This document shows positions 48,811 to 59,467 of a stretch of 64,000 nucleotides of DNA, one piece after another. Each line of letters starts with the position of its first letter. The stretch's first letter is position 1. The notes below the pieces were generated by a model. It worked only from the letters and a program-made list of their open reading frames with translations, did not search any database and was not told the origin of the DNA. Made by a program: the position numbers and the translations under genes. Source of the DNA: SAR324 cluster bacterium (lineage in GTDB: Bacteria > SAR324 > NAC60-12); contig JADGAV010000002.1 of assembly GCA_015231825.1 (NCBI GenBank), forward strand, positions 9,914 to 73,913, read 5' to 3'.

Positions 48811-49683
48811 TCAGTCTTCTTCAAACTCAAGAATTGGAAATTTTTCAGGTTTGTCTTTGTCCGTCATGCTTCCCAATTTTGGAACCGCAGAAATTAAGGC
48901 TCTGGTATAAGGATGTTGGGGATTCTCAAAAATATCATAAACAGATCCCGTTTCAACAAATCTCCCTTTTTGCATCACACAAACACGATCTGCAATTTCG
49001 GCAACCACTCCCATATCGTGGGTGATAAATAAAACGGACATGACAATTTCTTTTTGCAAGGCTCGAATCAGATTGAGAATTTGCGCTTGTATGGTCACAT
49101 CCAGTGCGGTTGATGGTTCGTCTGCAATCAAAAGTACAGGTCGGCAGCTCAATGCCATGGCAATCACGACCCGCTGCCGCATTCCTCCAGACAATTGATG
49201 CGGGTATTGTTTCATCCGTCTTTCCGCGTCAGGAACCCGTACAAGTTGTAAAGTGTTGAATGCAATTTCTTCGGCTTGTTTCGGACTCTTGCCTTGATGG
49301 ATAATAATGGCTTCGGCAATTTGATGCCCCACTGTAAACACTGGATTGAGGCTTGCCATTGGATCTTGAAAAACAATGGAAACATCAGCGCCTCGAATAT
49401 CGTTCATCCTGGAAATTGGCAATTTTACAATGTCGACAATTTCACCTGAGCGCAGGCGCAAATGGATGGCCCCCTCATTGATGCGGGCCCCATCGTGCTC
49501 GGGGAGTCGCATGATTGTCATTGCAGTCACCGATTTTCCGCTTCCTGATTCACCAACAAGCGCCAGAGTTTCCCCTTGGTCAATATGAAATGAAACCCCT
49601 TTTACTGCATCAACTGTCACATTGTCACTGAGGGAAAATGAGACATGAAGGTTTTCGACTTCAACGATCTTGTTTTTATCCAT
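48811..49683 (-). CDS. dppD: Oligo/dipeptide ABC transporter ATP-binding protein (DppD/OppD-like)
   Basis: Walker A 'GESGSGKSV', signature '[15 protein letters not shown]', Walker B '[11 protein letters not shown]'. Confidence 0.85.
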   Translation of the reverse strand: MDKNKIVEVENLHVSFSLSDNVTVDAVKGVSFHIDQGETLALVGESGSGKSVTAMTIMRLPEHDGARINEGAIHLRLRSGEIVDIVKLPISRMNDIRGADVSIVFQDPMASLNPVFTVGHQIAEAIIIHQGKSPKQAEEIAFNTLQLVRVPDAERRMKQYPHQLSGGMRQRVVIAMALSCRPVLLIADEPSTALDVTIQAQILNLIRALQKEIVMSVLFITHDMGVVAEIADRVCVMQKGRFVETGSVYDIFENPQHPYTRALISAVPKLGSMTDKDKPEKFPILEFEED

Positions 49684-49797
49684 CTGGTTTAATTGACTCT
49701 TTGATTAAAATTAAAAAGGATTCAATAATGATTATAGGAACTGGAAAAACTGGAGTACAAAACAGATCAAAATCCCGTTCTTTCCCGTTCTCAGGGT

Positions 49798-51450
49798 TCA
49801 GGAACGGCGTGCGAGAAACATTGGGCCGACCCGAATGCCGGGCTGTCCATTTTCGTCGTTAGCACCGAGTTCCAAAATTTCGTCAGGATAGAGAGAACCG
49901 TTCATTTTAAAGCGGTTATTTCCCAAAGGAGTGCAGATATGGCTGTAAAAGTATTCTATCAAACACGTCAAGTTGCCATTTTGAAAAGATAGGGTGGTTA
50001 TATTGATATCCGGTCCGTAGGTTCCGAGGTGAGGCTCCAGCTCCGGATCGACCGGAGTTTCGTCAATCACTTGGGTTTTATCCCAACTTTGATTTTTCCA
50101 TATCATTTTTCCGGACAGGGAGAAATCAAGATCAAGGAATTCATAGTCGGAGCCTTCACCATAGAGGCGACCATCAACACCGAACTGATTCCCAGTCTTT
50201 GGTTTAATCTGCAGGGGCATTCCGTCGCCGAGAAGAAAGAGCTTTCCATTGCGTTCAATAATTTCCACAATTTCATTGTTTTCCTGATTTTTGTAGTGAC
50301 CCGGCAAAGTTTGAAAATGCTCTGTTGAAACTTTTTGATAGGTTCTTCGTGGCATCGGCGGTGACCCCATATTCATGGCTGCAAGCGCCATTCGGAGTCC
50401 GCTATCCGCCAAATGATTGACGATATTGTTGGTCATATCCATTGTTGAAATAATTTCAATGGCCAAACCAGCCAGAGGCAGCAAGGATATTTGGGAGGCA
50501 AATCCGTAAACAGCACCCCCATGTCCGACGGAACGCCAAGCATCCAATTGACTGACACCAAACCCCAATCCGTAGTCACTGAGCCCTGGATACCCTTGAG
50601 GACGATGACCCACAACCGTCCACATTTGCTCCAATGATGAAGGAGACACGATGCGGTGACCCTCCGGGGTGAAGCCTCCACGCAGCAAACAGATCATATA
50701 GCGTGACATATCAGATAAAGTGGAATAAATGTTTCCTGCCGGAAAACCTCCGAGATCAAAAACGGGTGCTGGCACATCACTATCGACCGTCCACATATAA
50801 GCAGGGGCCAAATTTGCGAGAATTGTGGGATTTGAAGAGATTGAACTGTCAGACATACCAAGAGGTTTCAGTATATTTTCGCTTAGGTAGTCCGCATAGG
50901 TCTGCCCGGAAACACGCTCAACTACGGAACCAACGACCGCCATACCCGCGTTGGAATAGCTGAATATACCGGCGCTGGGATCATTTTTAAGAACGGAGCT
51001 GGCCAATTCATTGACGGTTTTTTCAAGCGGTGGATTGCTGTCATCGAGATAGTGTCCGCTCTTCGGTTCGCGGACCATGCCTGCGGTATGGCTCATCAGT
51101 TTTCGCAACGTGACCTCGTCTCCCAGTGGTCCGGCATTTTCCCCGGAAAATGGATTTTTTGGCCGGAAATCCGGAAGGTAGTTTGAGACGTCGACATCAA
51201 GATCGATTAATCCTTGTTCCACCAACTGCATCAGGCAGATACTGGTAAACATTTTTGTTTGAGAAGCAATTCGAAACCGGGTTTTATCAGTAAATTGATG
51301 GTTGAGACCTTTGCGCTGCATCGTCCCTGTCGCAAGCATTCCATCTCTGCTGACAAGGGAATAAGAGATTGAAGGCAGATTCTTGTCTTCTACTTCAAAT
51401 GCGATTTTGTCTTCAAATTGTTGCTGATTAAAATTGTCGATTTTGGTCAT
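49798..51450 (-). CDS. Beta-lactamase-fold serine hydrolase with C-terminal beta-barrel domains (DAP-type D-aminopeptidase-like)
   Basis: Ser-x-x-Lys 'ASQTKMFTS' ~70 aa from the start, 'YSN' and 'HGG' motifs, ~200-aa C-terminal extension as in Ochrobactrum D-aminopeptidase. The start is ATG 51450 (MTKIDNF); the track's longer ORF overlaps dppC out of frame. Confidence 0.6.
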   Translation of the reverse strand: MTKIDNFNQQQFEDKIAFEVEDKNLPSISYSLVSRDGMLATGTMQRKGLNHQFTDKTRFRIASQTKMFTSICLMQLVEQGLIDLDVDVSNYLPDFRPKNPFSGENAGPLGDEVTLRKLMSHTAGMVREPKSGHYLDDSNPPLEKTVNELASSVLKNDPSAGIFSYSNAGMAVVGSVVERVSGQTYADYLSENILKPLGMSDSSISSNPTILANLAPAYMWTVDSDVPAPVFDLGGFPAGNIYSTLSDMSRYMICLLRGGFTPEGHRIVSPSSLEQMWTVVGHRPQGYPGLSDYGLGFGVSQLDAWRSVGHGGAVYGFASQISLLPLAGLAIEIISTMDMTNNIVNHLADSGLRMALAAMNMGSPPMPRRTYQKVSTEHFQTLPGHYKNQENNEIVEIIERNGKLFLLGDGMPLQIKPKTGNQFGVDGRLYGEGSDYEFLDLDFSLSGKMIWKNQSWDKTQVIDETPVDPELEPHLGTYGPDINITTLSFQNGNLTCLIEYFYSHICTPLGNNRFKMNGSLYPDEILELGANDENGQPGIRVGPMFLARRS

Positions 51451-51460
51451 AACTGATTTC

Positions 51461-52336
51461 CTATTTGTGTATGGTATGAGGGTCCAGCACATCCCGCAGC
51501 GCGTCTCCAACGAGATTCCATGAAAAAACGAACAGGAATATCGCCATTCCCGGGAAAAACAAAGTGTACCAATATTTAAATGGATCGTCGCCTTGACCGA
51601 CGATCCAATTTCGGGAATAACTGATAAACTGGCCCCAGTCAGCATATCCTTCTTCAGTTCCCACACCTAAAAAACTCAATGCCGACGCGGCGAGTACCAT
51701 GGATCCTGTTGCCATGGTCGCCAATACCAAAACTGGAAAAAATGCGTTGGGAAGAATAAAGCGAAAAATCAACGAGAAGTCATTGACACCATAAGTTCGC
51801 GCTGCCTGAATGAATTCCATCTCTTTGATGCGCAGAATTTCACTGCGGATAACCCGGGCATAACTCATCCAGCCGAAGGCGGATAGAGCGATTATCATCG
51901 GCCCCAGTCCTTTGCCCAACAGGGTTGTTAAAACCATTGCCGCGATTAAAAATGGCACTGCCATAAAAACATCGACGACTCGCATTAGAACTTCATCGAT
52001 GATACCACCATAGAAGGCAGCAATTGAACCGACAATGATGCCAATTATGGATGAGACAAGAACAACGCCGAGCCCCACCTTAAATGCAGTCCGGGTTCCC
52101 CAAACCAATCCGTAATAGATGTCATACTGTCCTTGTGTTGTGCCTAAAAAATGATCTTTGGACATAGCTTGCGGTGTCGCCCAAAATGATGAGCGCGGGG
52201 TCTCATATGGGCTCAGTTGGAAGGATTGGGGGGGAGCAATGATTGGAGCCAACGCGGCAACCATCACGAATAACAGTAGTGATACAATCCCAAAACTCGA
52301 GAGTGGATTTTTGAGCAGATATTTAAAAACTTTCAT
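51461..52336 (-). CDS. dppC: Oligo/dipeptide ABC permease (DppC/OppC-like)
   Basis: 291 aa, 6 TMs, EAA-like loop 'IQAARTYGVNDFSLIFRFILPN'. Confidence 0.85.
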   Translation of the reverse strand: MKVFKYLLKNPLSSFGIVSLLLFVMVAALAPIIAPPQSFQLSPYETPRSSFWATPQAMSKDHFLGTTQGQYDIYYGLVWGTRTAFKVGLGVVLVSSIIGIIVGSIAAFYGGIIDEVLMRVVDVFMAVPFLIAAMVLTTLLGKGLGPMIIALSAFGWMSYARVIRSEILRIKEMEFIQAARTYGVNDFSLIFRFILPNAFFPVLVLATMATGSMVLAASALSFLGVGTEEGYADWGQFISYSRNWIVGQGDDPFKYWYTLFFPGMAIFLFVFSWNLVGDALRDVLDPHTIHK

Positions 52337-53370
52337 TTGAGCACCACCCTTGGATCAATGAGGGGATACAAAAGATCAACCACTAAATTCAATAAAACGA
52401 GCACCAATGCAAAATAGAGGGCAAAGCCTAAAACTGCAGGAAAATCGAGATTGGCTGCCGCGTGAGCAGCGAATTGACCCAAACCATGGTAGTCAAAAAT
52501 CGTTTCAGTAATAACAACGCCTCCCATCATATAAGCTAATTCCATTCCCGCCATGGTGGTGACAGGCAACAACGCATTTCGACGAGCATGTTTGTTTTGC
52601 ACAATTTTTTCAGACAAACCTTTGGCGCGGGCGGTACGAATATAATCTTGACGCAAGGTTTCCAGCATACTGGTGCGCATCACTCGCGTCATGTTTGCCA
52701 AATTGACGTAGGTTAGCGTGATTATTGGGGCAATCAAATGGCGAAGCGAATCCAGGAAAATCTGCCATCGTCCATTGAGCAGCGAGTCAATCAAATTAGC
52801 ACCTGTATAACGAATAAAATTACCGCTTTCGACTTCTGTAACTGCCCATTGAGAAAGGCGTCCTGGAGGGAACCAGTTAAGGTAGCCGTAAAATATGAGG
52901 AGCATGATCAAGCCAAAAACAAAGGTAGGGAAAGACCAGCCGAGGATTGTAAATATTCGAATTGCATGATCTTTTGGCCTGTTTAAATTGGCACCAGCCT
53001 TGGTACCCAGCCAGACCGCACCCAGAAAACTGGGAATAAAGGCCAGAATTACCAGTTCAACCGTGGCTGGGAATAATGAAATAAGGACTTCGGAAACCGG
53101 TGATCGTGCTGTTTCGGACCAGCCTAAATTTCCGCTCAAAATGTTTTGGATCCATTCCCAATATTGGGTAAGAAAAGGTTCGTCCAATCCATATTTTTTG
53201 ATTAGCGCCTCTATTTGCTCGCGACCTCCTTTCAATTCGGAGTTACTGGTAATGTAGGCGGATATTCGCTGGACGGGTGACAAAAGCATTTGTAGACTGA
53301 AAATCATCAACGATAATGCAATGAACACCACAGGGAAAAACAGCAATCTCCGAAAAACGTAATTTACCAT
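52333..53370 (-). CDS. dppB: Oligo/dipeptide ABC permease (DppB/OppB-like)
   Basis: 345 aa, 6 TMs, 'DYIRTARAKGLSEKIVQNKHARRNALLP' EAA motif; ATGA overlap with dppC. Confidence 0.85.
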   Translation of the reverse strand: MVNYVFRRLLFFPVVFIALSLMIFSLQMLLSPVQRISAYITSNSELKGGREQIEALIKKYGLDEPFLTQYWEWIQNILSGNLGWSETARSPVSEVLISLFPATVELVILAFIPSFLGAVWLGTKAGANLNRPKDHAIRIFTILGWSFPTFVFGLIMLLIFYGYLNWFPPGRLSQWAVTEVESGNFIRYTGANLIDSLLNGRWQIFLDSLRHLIAPIITLTYVNLANMTRVMRTSMLETLRQDYIRTARAKGLSEKIVQNKHARRNALLPVTTMAGMELAYMMGGVVITETIFDYHGLGQFAAHAAANLDFPAVLGFALYFALVLVLLNLVVDLLYPLIDPRVVLK

Positions 53371-53462
53371 AGCTCTTTAACAGAATACCCTACATACTGA
53401 AAATCTGCATGCAGGGTATTTATTAGTTAGTTGCAATGATGCAAAATCAAAGCACCTTTTCT

Positions 53463-55406
53463 TTATAGCTCTTTAGAGATATTGTAAAAATTCCAGGCGC
53501 CGTACAGAATCTTGTTGTGGACATAGCCTTTGACCCAATCTCTCGTAACATTGGCAGTCACCTCTTCCCACAAAAATTGAGTCGTCGCATATTCGTGACT
53601 CATCTCTTGTAGTCGGGCATAGATCGGTTCTCGCTGAGCCGGGTCATTGAGTTTCCAGGCTTTTTCTAAAAGAGGATCAAATTTCTCTTTCATTAAAGCT
53701 CGGTAACCATCGCCACTAAAACCCGCTACCAAACCTGAACTCGACAAATAGTAGGATGCGGCTCCCAGCGGACCACCCGGATCGGAATAATCAGGTCCCC
53801 AGCCCATATAGGCCAAAGGAGATTCTGGGTTGGAAGATCCGTAGGATTTTTCCCTCATAGAAGCCGAAGTCAATGCTTGAACTTTCAGACGAAATTTTGG
53901 ATTAATCCGCGCCAGGTTTTGTTGCAGAACTCCAAATGCCGCAATTGCCTGGCTTCTTCCCTCTGCTGTGTAGCCTGTAACTTCAAAACCAACTTCCCAA
54001 AGTTTACCACCGAAAGCCTTTTTAAAGTGCTCGGCTGCTTTTTCAAGATCGTTTGTATAAATAGGGCTGTCCGGACGATAACCCATCAAACCTCGCACGG
54101 TAGGTCCACGGGACTGAACAGTTCGGCCTAAGTATACTTGCTCAAGCAAGACCTGATAGTCCTGCGCATAGTTGAATCCCTTGCGAACATCAAGGTCAGC
54201 AAGAAAATCGGGAGGGACACCCTTGCCATCAAGTTTTCCGCTGCCAATGGCGGGATTATCATCAGCTTTTACGGGCCATCCAAAAAACAGACCCCGACCA
54301 TAGACTTGTTCTAAATCAGTTACGGTAATGCCCTTGGTTTTGCGCATTTCTTCAATAAACTCAGGTGGTGTCACTGCAACATCCGCATCGCCAGCTAATA
54401 ATTGAAGACGACGGTTCGTCCATTCGGGGACAAGTCTTAAAACAACCCGCTCCAACGGGGCAGGCTTGCGAAAAAATCCATCAAATCTTTTAAAGGTGAT
54501 TTTCTTCTCGGTACGGTTCCAGTCTTCTACGATAAAGGGTCCGCTGCCATTTTCCTGTTTGAAAAGCGGCGATTGATCCAGTTTCGGTTTGTGATGCTTT
54601 ATCCATGAAGCGGCTGTATCCGGCCATGCACCCATGTCAATGGCCCATTCCCGATCAACGATTGATGTCGCAAATGGCAGGGCCATAATTCCGAGCGTTG
54701 CGGGGAATGATGATTCCAGGGTCAGGATCAGTTTGCCATCGACCACTTTGATTTTTTTTGCCAAATCATCGTGTACTGCAATTAAACCGGCTTCGTTGAC
54801 GTCATCGAATTTCTCAACGCCTGCCAAGCCAATCGCCCATTTCTCAATATTGCTGTATTTACCTGCAGTGATCATTTCTGTGACCGCATTTGCCATCCAC
54901 GATTCGCCTTGCAAAATTGCACGCATCAGACTGTATCTTGCATCATCTGCGGTAATTTCACCGTATCCAGGCTCAATTTTCGCTTTGTCCGCAGCGCTTA
55001 AATCATCAAAGTACTGCCACTTGATTTTGCCATCCGACCCTTTAATACCAACTTTATGGGCTTTGACTCCAGGTCGCATCGGAAAGGTATATCTGACGGC
55101 ACCACCGGGTAACTCTTCAATCAAGCCGTTAGCCACTGAGGGCACTTGGCTGGCCAGAGCTGGCACGAATTCGGAAATGTTGGAACCGTTGTAATCCAGC
55201 AATCGGCTATAAACGTTATAGGAAGAATAAGTACTTGGAGTATCACCGATATAGGCAGGATCAAGGGAGGAAATATCATCGGTCGTGAGGTATATCAACG
55301 TATTGGGGTTTTTTATCTGCCCATACGCAGTCCCGCCTAATGCCAAAACAGCAATTCCTGCCAAGACGATTAGAAGATTTTTCATGTAATTTAGATTTAT
55401 TTTCAT
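53463..55406 (-). CDS. Family-5 solute-binding protein (peptide/nickel type), large variant
   Basis: Signal peptide, SBP_bac_5 fold; 647 aa, larger than E. coli DppA; heads the peptide ABC operon. Confidence 0.8.
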   Translation of the reverse strand: MKINLNYMKNLLIVLAGIAVLALGGTAYGQIKNPNTLIYLTTDDISSLDPAYIGDTPSTYSSYNVYSRLLDYNGSNISEFVPALASQVPSVANGLIEELPGGAVRYTFPMRPGVKAHKVGIKGSDGKIKWQYFDDLSAADKAKIEPGYGEITADDARYSLMRAILQGESWMANAVTEMITAGKYSNIEKWAIGLAGVEKFDDVNEAGLIAVHDDLAKKIKVVDGKLILTLESSFPATLGIMALPFATSIVDREWAIDMGAWPDTAASWIKHHKPKLDQSPLFKQENGSGPFIVEDWNRTEKKITFKRFDGFFRKPAPLERVVLRLVPEWTNRRLQLLAGDADVAVTPPEFIEEMRKTKGITVTDLEQVYGRGLFFGWPVKADDNPAIGSGKLDGKGVPPDFLADLDVRKGFNYAQDYQVLLEQVYLGRTVQSRGPTVRGLMGYRPDSPIYTNDLEKAAEHFKKAFGGKLWEVGFEVTGYTAEGRSQAIAAFGVLQQNLARINPKFRLKVQALTSASMREKSYGSSNPESPLAYMGWGPDYSDPGGPLGAASYYLSSSGLVAGFSGDGYRALMKEKFDPLLEKAWKLNDPAQREPIYARLQEMSHEYATTQFLWEEVTANVTRDWVKGYVHNKILYGAWNFYNISKEL

Positions 55407-55929
55407 AACAAGCCTCCTGAAATTATTTCAAGCAAAATAATCCAAAACAAGATACTTAGTCTTGCAAAGCATTGGTTTTTTGACAAATGCCCAACTAGCT
55501 TTTCGTCTTTACCTAATCCTAATTGGAACGTGAATAAAATCGAAATAGATTTTTTCGATGGCGGGATCAATGGCCTTGAGTTTTACCCAAGACCATAGGA
55601 TTCATCCTTTAACATTCGCTATAGAATCAATCAAGGGAAAAGGATTGTTGAAATGGAAAAACTTGTTGATGTCACGCTACGCGGTCCGCATGATTATCCT
55701 GACGTAACGCAACCTGTTGAAAAGATTCGGGAATAGATTAAATTAAGCGGTAAATTTAATTTGCCGGTATGCGCGGGGAACTGGTTTTATACAACACATC
55801 GGGACGAAATTGTTCTGGAAGAAAACCTGAAGAAAGGAGTGACTCTTGGATGCCGGGTGCGTATTACGCGAATTGAGAAGCATCATGTGGATGGGCCCGA
55901 TCTCATAGATGGAAGAAGAAAAATGGGTG

Positions 55930-56889
55930 CTATTTGACAATCGTAATCCTCGAGCGGTCAATGGTGATTGCGACCGCAACCACGAGGACCATCCCAAAAA
56001 CAATCTGCTGGGCATAAACACTGATTCCGACAAAAGTCATCCCGACACGTACGACAGAGATGATCAAGGCTCCTAAAAATGTGCGCCAGATACTTCCATA
56101 ACCGCCGGTTAGTGCAGTTCCGCCGACAATAATTGCGGCAATAGAAGGCAATAAAAATTCATTGGCCAGGGTGGGAGAGCCCGATGACATCCGGGCGGCA
56201 AAGACGACACCCGACAGGCCCGCCATAGCCCCGGAAAGGGTGAAAGCCAGCATTTTGATGCGGGGAACATGAATTCCCGAAGCGATCACTGCTTGTTCTC
56301 CAAAACCAATTGCTTTGACAAAACGGCCGAAAGTGGTGCGTAATTGAATCAGGAGGAGGGCGGCAAGAATAACGACGGAGACGACAATCTCGCTTTGAAT
56401 TCCGAAAGTCTCTCCAGTCGCCCAGGACAGATACTTGTCACGGAGCTCCGGCGCAATATAAATCTGTCTCTCATCTGACAACCAAAATGCTGCAGAGGCC
56501 ACCACGCCGCTGATTGCCAATGTCGCAATAAATGACGGGATTTTCAGAATATGATGAGCAATCCCGCCAGAAAATCCGGAAAGCGCTGCCGCCAAAATTG
56601 CTATTAAAATCGCGAAGAAACCGTATTCTGGAAGAAGAGCGGCGACGATGACGCTGATCAAGGAGGCGACCGCTTGAACAGAAAGGTCAATCCCTCCCAT
56701 CAGGATGACAAAAGTGGCTCCGGCCGACATCAGGAACAAGGTGGTTGTATCTGCAATCACAACAAGCAAGGTGCTGCGTGTGAAGAATGCCGGTTCGGAG
56801 ATACCGACGATCACAACAAGGCTCAAGAGTGTAATCAAAGGAATTTGAGCCTTGAGGAATTCCAGGTTTTTATTTGAGAGATTGAGCAT
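55930..56889 (-). CDS. CUT2-family sugar ABC permease (RbsC/YjfF-like)
   Basis: 319 aa, ~9 TMs, 'LSGGYGSIWRTFLGALII' RbsC-type conserved segment. Confidence 0.8.
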   Translation of the reverse strand: MLNLSNKNLEFLKAQIPLITLLSLVVIVGISEPAFFTRSTLLVVIADTTTLFLMSAGATFVILMGGIDLSVQAVASLISVIVAALLPEYGFFAILIAILAAALSGFSGGIAHHILKIPSFIATLAISGVVASAAFWLSDERQIYIAPELRDKYLSWATGETFGIQSEIVVSVVILAALLLIQLRTTFGRFVKAIGFGEQAVIASGIHVPRIKMLAFTLSGAMAGLSGVVFAARMSSGSPTLANEFLLPSIAAIIVGGTALTGGYGSIWRTFLGALIISVVRVGMTFVGISVYAQQIVFGMVLVVAVAITIDRSRITIVK

Positions 56890-56907
56890 TGGGTCTAGTG
56901 GAAAAGG

Positions 56908-58422
56908 TTAAACCATGTAAGGGATGAGATCCACCTGCTCCGGTTTAGATCCCGTCGAGGCATCAAATTCCTTGGTGGTATTGCCATCTTTCATCACAAG
57001 TATCCGATTGCTGAGTCCGATCAGTTCTTCAAGAGTATCTGCTAGTAATATAATAGAAAGACCTTCCTCTGCCATGTCACGAACCAATTCATAGACATCT
57101 TCTTTGGCCCCGACATCAATTCCTCGTGTCGGGTGATCTAAAATCATTATCCGCGCTCCGGCATAACGCCATTTGGCCAGGACGACTTTTTGCTGGTTCC
57201 CTCCGCTGAGACTCCCCACTCTGGTATGAACTCCAGGAGTTTTAATCCCCAGTTGTTTGATCGAACTTTCTGCAATTCCTTCTTCAAATGCCTTTTTAAT
57301 AAATCCCCAGGAACAAATTTTTTGAATTGAAGCCATGGTGATGTTTTCTGCTACTGAGAATGAATTGACAACTCCCTCCACCTTCCGATCACGGGGAATG
57401 TATCCGATGCCCTTTTTCACTGCATTTCGCGGTTCGCTCAGTGCCAATGCCTGGTTTTCCACAAGGATCTCACCGTCATCCAAAATTTCCAGGCCTGCAA
57501 GACAGCGGGCGAGTTCTTCTCTTCCAGAACCTATGACGCCGGCGATCCCTAATATTTCTCCTTCATGGAGTGAAAACGACACATTGCGGAACATACCGTT
57601 TTTTCCGATTTTATTTGCTTCAAAAATTACCTGTTTACCAGGCTCTCTCTGTCTGGCTTCTCGGTAATATTCATGATGCAGTTCCCGTCCGACCATGAGT
57701 TTGTGAAGACTACTCAATGTCGCGTCTGCCGCCTTCATTTCACCCACGACTTCCCCGTTCCGCATGATGTATATCCGGTCCGATACTTCGAGCACTTCAT
57801 CCAGTCGATGAGAGACAAAAATAAATGAAACCCTTTCACGCAACTTCCTGATTTCACGAAAAAGCAGATCGATTTCAGACTTTTCCAGGACAGAAGTGGG
57901 TTCGTCAAGCAGCACCACCACCGAACCTCCATGAGATTTTTCCAGTGAAAGCGCTTTGGCAATCTCAACAAGCTGGCGCTGGGCAAAAGTGAGCTCGCTG
58001 CACAGTAACTTTGGTGAAAGATTCAACTCTACTTTTTCGAGTTCTGCTTCAGTTGCCTGAAACATCGCCTTCTTGTTGAGGATCCCTCCGTGGACGAACA
58101 TATCTTCCCGACCGAGAAACATGTTTTCTGAAATATTCATGTTGAGCAAGAGCGATTGCTCTTGAAAGACCATTCCTATTCCATGATCAAAGGCATCTCG
58201 TGTCGATTTAAGATTGATGACGTCGCCACTCAAAAGAAACTCACCTTTATCCAGTTGATAAACTCCGGAAAGAATTTTTAACAGGGTTGATTTTCCTGCT
58301 CCGTTTTCTCCAACAAGACCGACGATTTCATTGTGGCGGACTTCAAAGTTGACGTCATTCAATGCCACAACACCCGGGAATTCCTTTCTTGCATCGCGCA
58401 GTTTCAGATGGCTGCTCATCAA
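56908..58422 (-). CDS. CUT2-family sugar ABC ATP-binding protein with duplicated NBDs (RbsA/YtfR-like)
   Basis: 504 aa; two Walker A sites ('GENGAGKST', 'GVIGSGREEL'-type degenerate second), two signatures ('LSGGNQQKVVLAK'). Confidence 0.85.
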   Translation of the reverse strand: MMSSHLKLRDARKEFPGVVALNDVNFEVRHNEIVGLVGENGAGKSTLLKILSGVYQLDKGEFLLSGDVINLKSTRDAFDHGIGMVFQEQSLLLNMNISENMFLGREDMFVHGGILNKKAMFQATEAELEKVELNLSPKLLCSELTFAQRQLVEIAKALSLEKSHGGSVVVLLDEPTSVLEKSEIDLLFREIRKLRERVSFIFVSHRLDEVLEVSDRIYIMRNGEVVGEMKAADATLSSLHKLMVGRELHHEYYREARQREPGKQVIFEANKIGKNGMFRNVSFSLHEGEILGIAGVIGSGREELARCLAGLEILDDGEILVENQALALSEPRNAVKKGIGYIPRDRKVEGVVNSFSVAENITMASIQKICSWGFIKKAFEEGIAESSIKQLGIKTPGVHTRVGSLSGGNQQKVVLAKWRYAGARIMILDHPTRGIDVGAKEDVYELVRDMAEEGLSIILLADTLEELIGLSNRILVMKDGNTTKEFDASTGSKPEQVDLIPYMV

Positions 58423-58432
58423 TTGTTTCCTC

Positions 58433-59431
58433 CTATTTCATAATAGCCACTCGGGACCGGTCAAGTGCCAGTGCCACGGCGATAATTATCAGCAGACCCT
58501 GGACACCCTGCTGCACAAATGAAGGCATTCCGAGCAAGATCATTCCGTTGTTGACAACGACAACAATCAGTACCCCAACCACCGTGTTGAGGACAGAACC
58601 CGTTCCTCCTGAAAGTGCGGTTCCTCCCAAAACGACAGCAGTGATTGTGAGGAAAAGTCGGCCGCTTCCCATCAGAGCATGTCCCTGACCCAACTGTGCT
58701 GCTGCCAGCACACCTCCCAATCCGCAAAAAAATCCCGCCATGGTGAATGCGAAAATTCGCGTGCGGCCAATAGGAATCCCTGCATGCTCAGCTGTTTCTT
58801 CATCTCCGCCGATGGCATAAATCCATCGGCCGATGCGGGTTCGCTGCTGGAAGAAGTAGGCAAACGCCACGGCAGCGAATGCGATCCAGACGGCAACAGG
58901 CAATCCGAGCAGCCGCTTCAGATAGATGGCTCGAAAACCTGAATCAGAAATCCTCACTGTCACACCGCTGAGAAACAGTGTCGCAATCCCGATACAAGCA
59001 AATCCGATCCCTAACGTTGTCATGAAGGAAGGGGTTTTAAGTTTTACATGGAGGTAGCCATTGCAAAAACCAAGCAAGCCTCCTATGGCAATCGCAACTG
59101 GAATTGCCCAATATCCCCATTGGTTGTCTGTGAAATCATTTGCCACCAAAAGACTGGCGGTGACACCGGTAAGCGCCAAAATTCCTTCCACGGAAAGGTC
59201 AATACTTCCCATTAAAATAATATAGGTCGCGCCCATCGTCAAAACGAGAGGAATCGCGGCAGAGCTCAGTAAGCGGGCCATATTCCAGGGGTCGATAAAT
59301 CGTTTGTTGACCATCGCAAAGATAGTACACAAACCGATCAATACGATCACTGGAGCCCATTTACGTAAATGTTCCTTGAATTTATTCGGTTTAATTCCCT
59401 GAGACTTTTTTGCTGATTCCGAACTTTCCAT
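58433..59431 (-). CDS. CUT2-family sugar ABC permease (RbsC/YtfT-like)
   Basis: 332 aa, RbsC-like TM pattern; immediately downstream of the SDR gene on the same strand. Confidence 0.8.
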   Translation of the reverse strand: MESSESAKKSQGIKPNKFKEHLRKWAPVIVLIGLCTIFAMVNKRFIDPWNMARLLSSAAIPLVLTMGATYIILMGSIDLSVEGILALTGVTASLLVANDFTDNQWGYWAIPVAIAIGGLLGFCNGYLHVKLKTPSFMTTLGIGFACIGIATLFLSGVTVRISDSGFRAIYLKRLLGLPVAVWIAFAAVAFAYFFQQRTRIGRWIYAIGGDEETAEHAGIPIGRTRIFAFTMAGFFCGLGGVLAAAQLGQGHALMGSGRLFLTITAVVLGGTALSGGTGSVLNTVVGVLIVVVVNNGMILLGMPSFVQQGVQGLLIIIAVALALDRSRVAIMK

Positions 59432-59467
59432 GGCTGAATTTTCGCTAAATCTTTGTTTATCGAATTG

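Noticed and set aside
51451-51666. Extended N-terminus of the DAP-like hydrolase overlapping dppC
   Set aside because: Cys/Trp-rich junk translation overlapping the dppC C-terminus out of frame. The ATG at 51450 (MTKIDNF) gives a proper 10-bp gap after the dppC stop.
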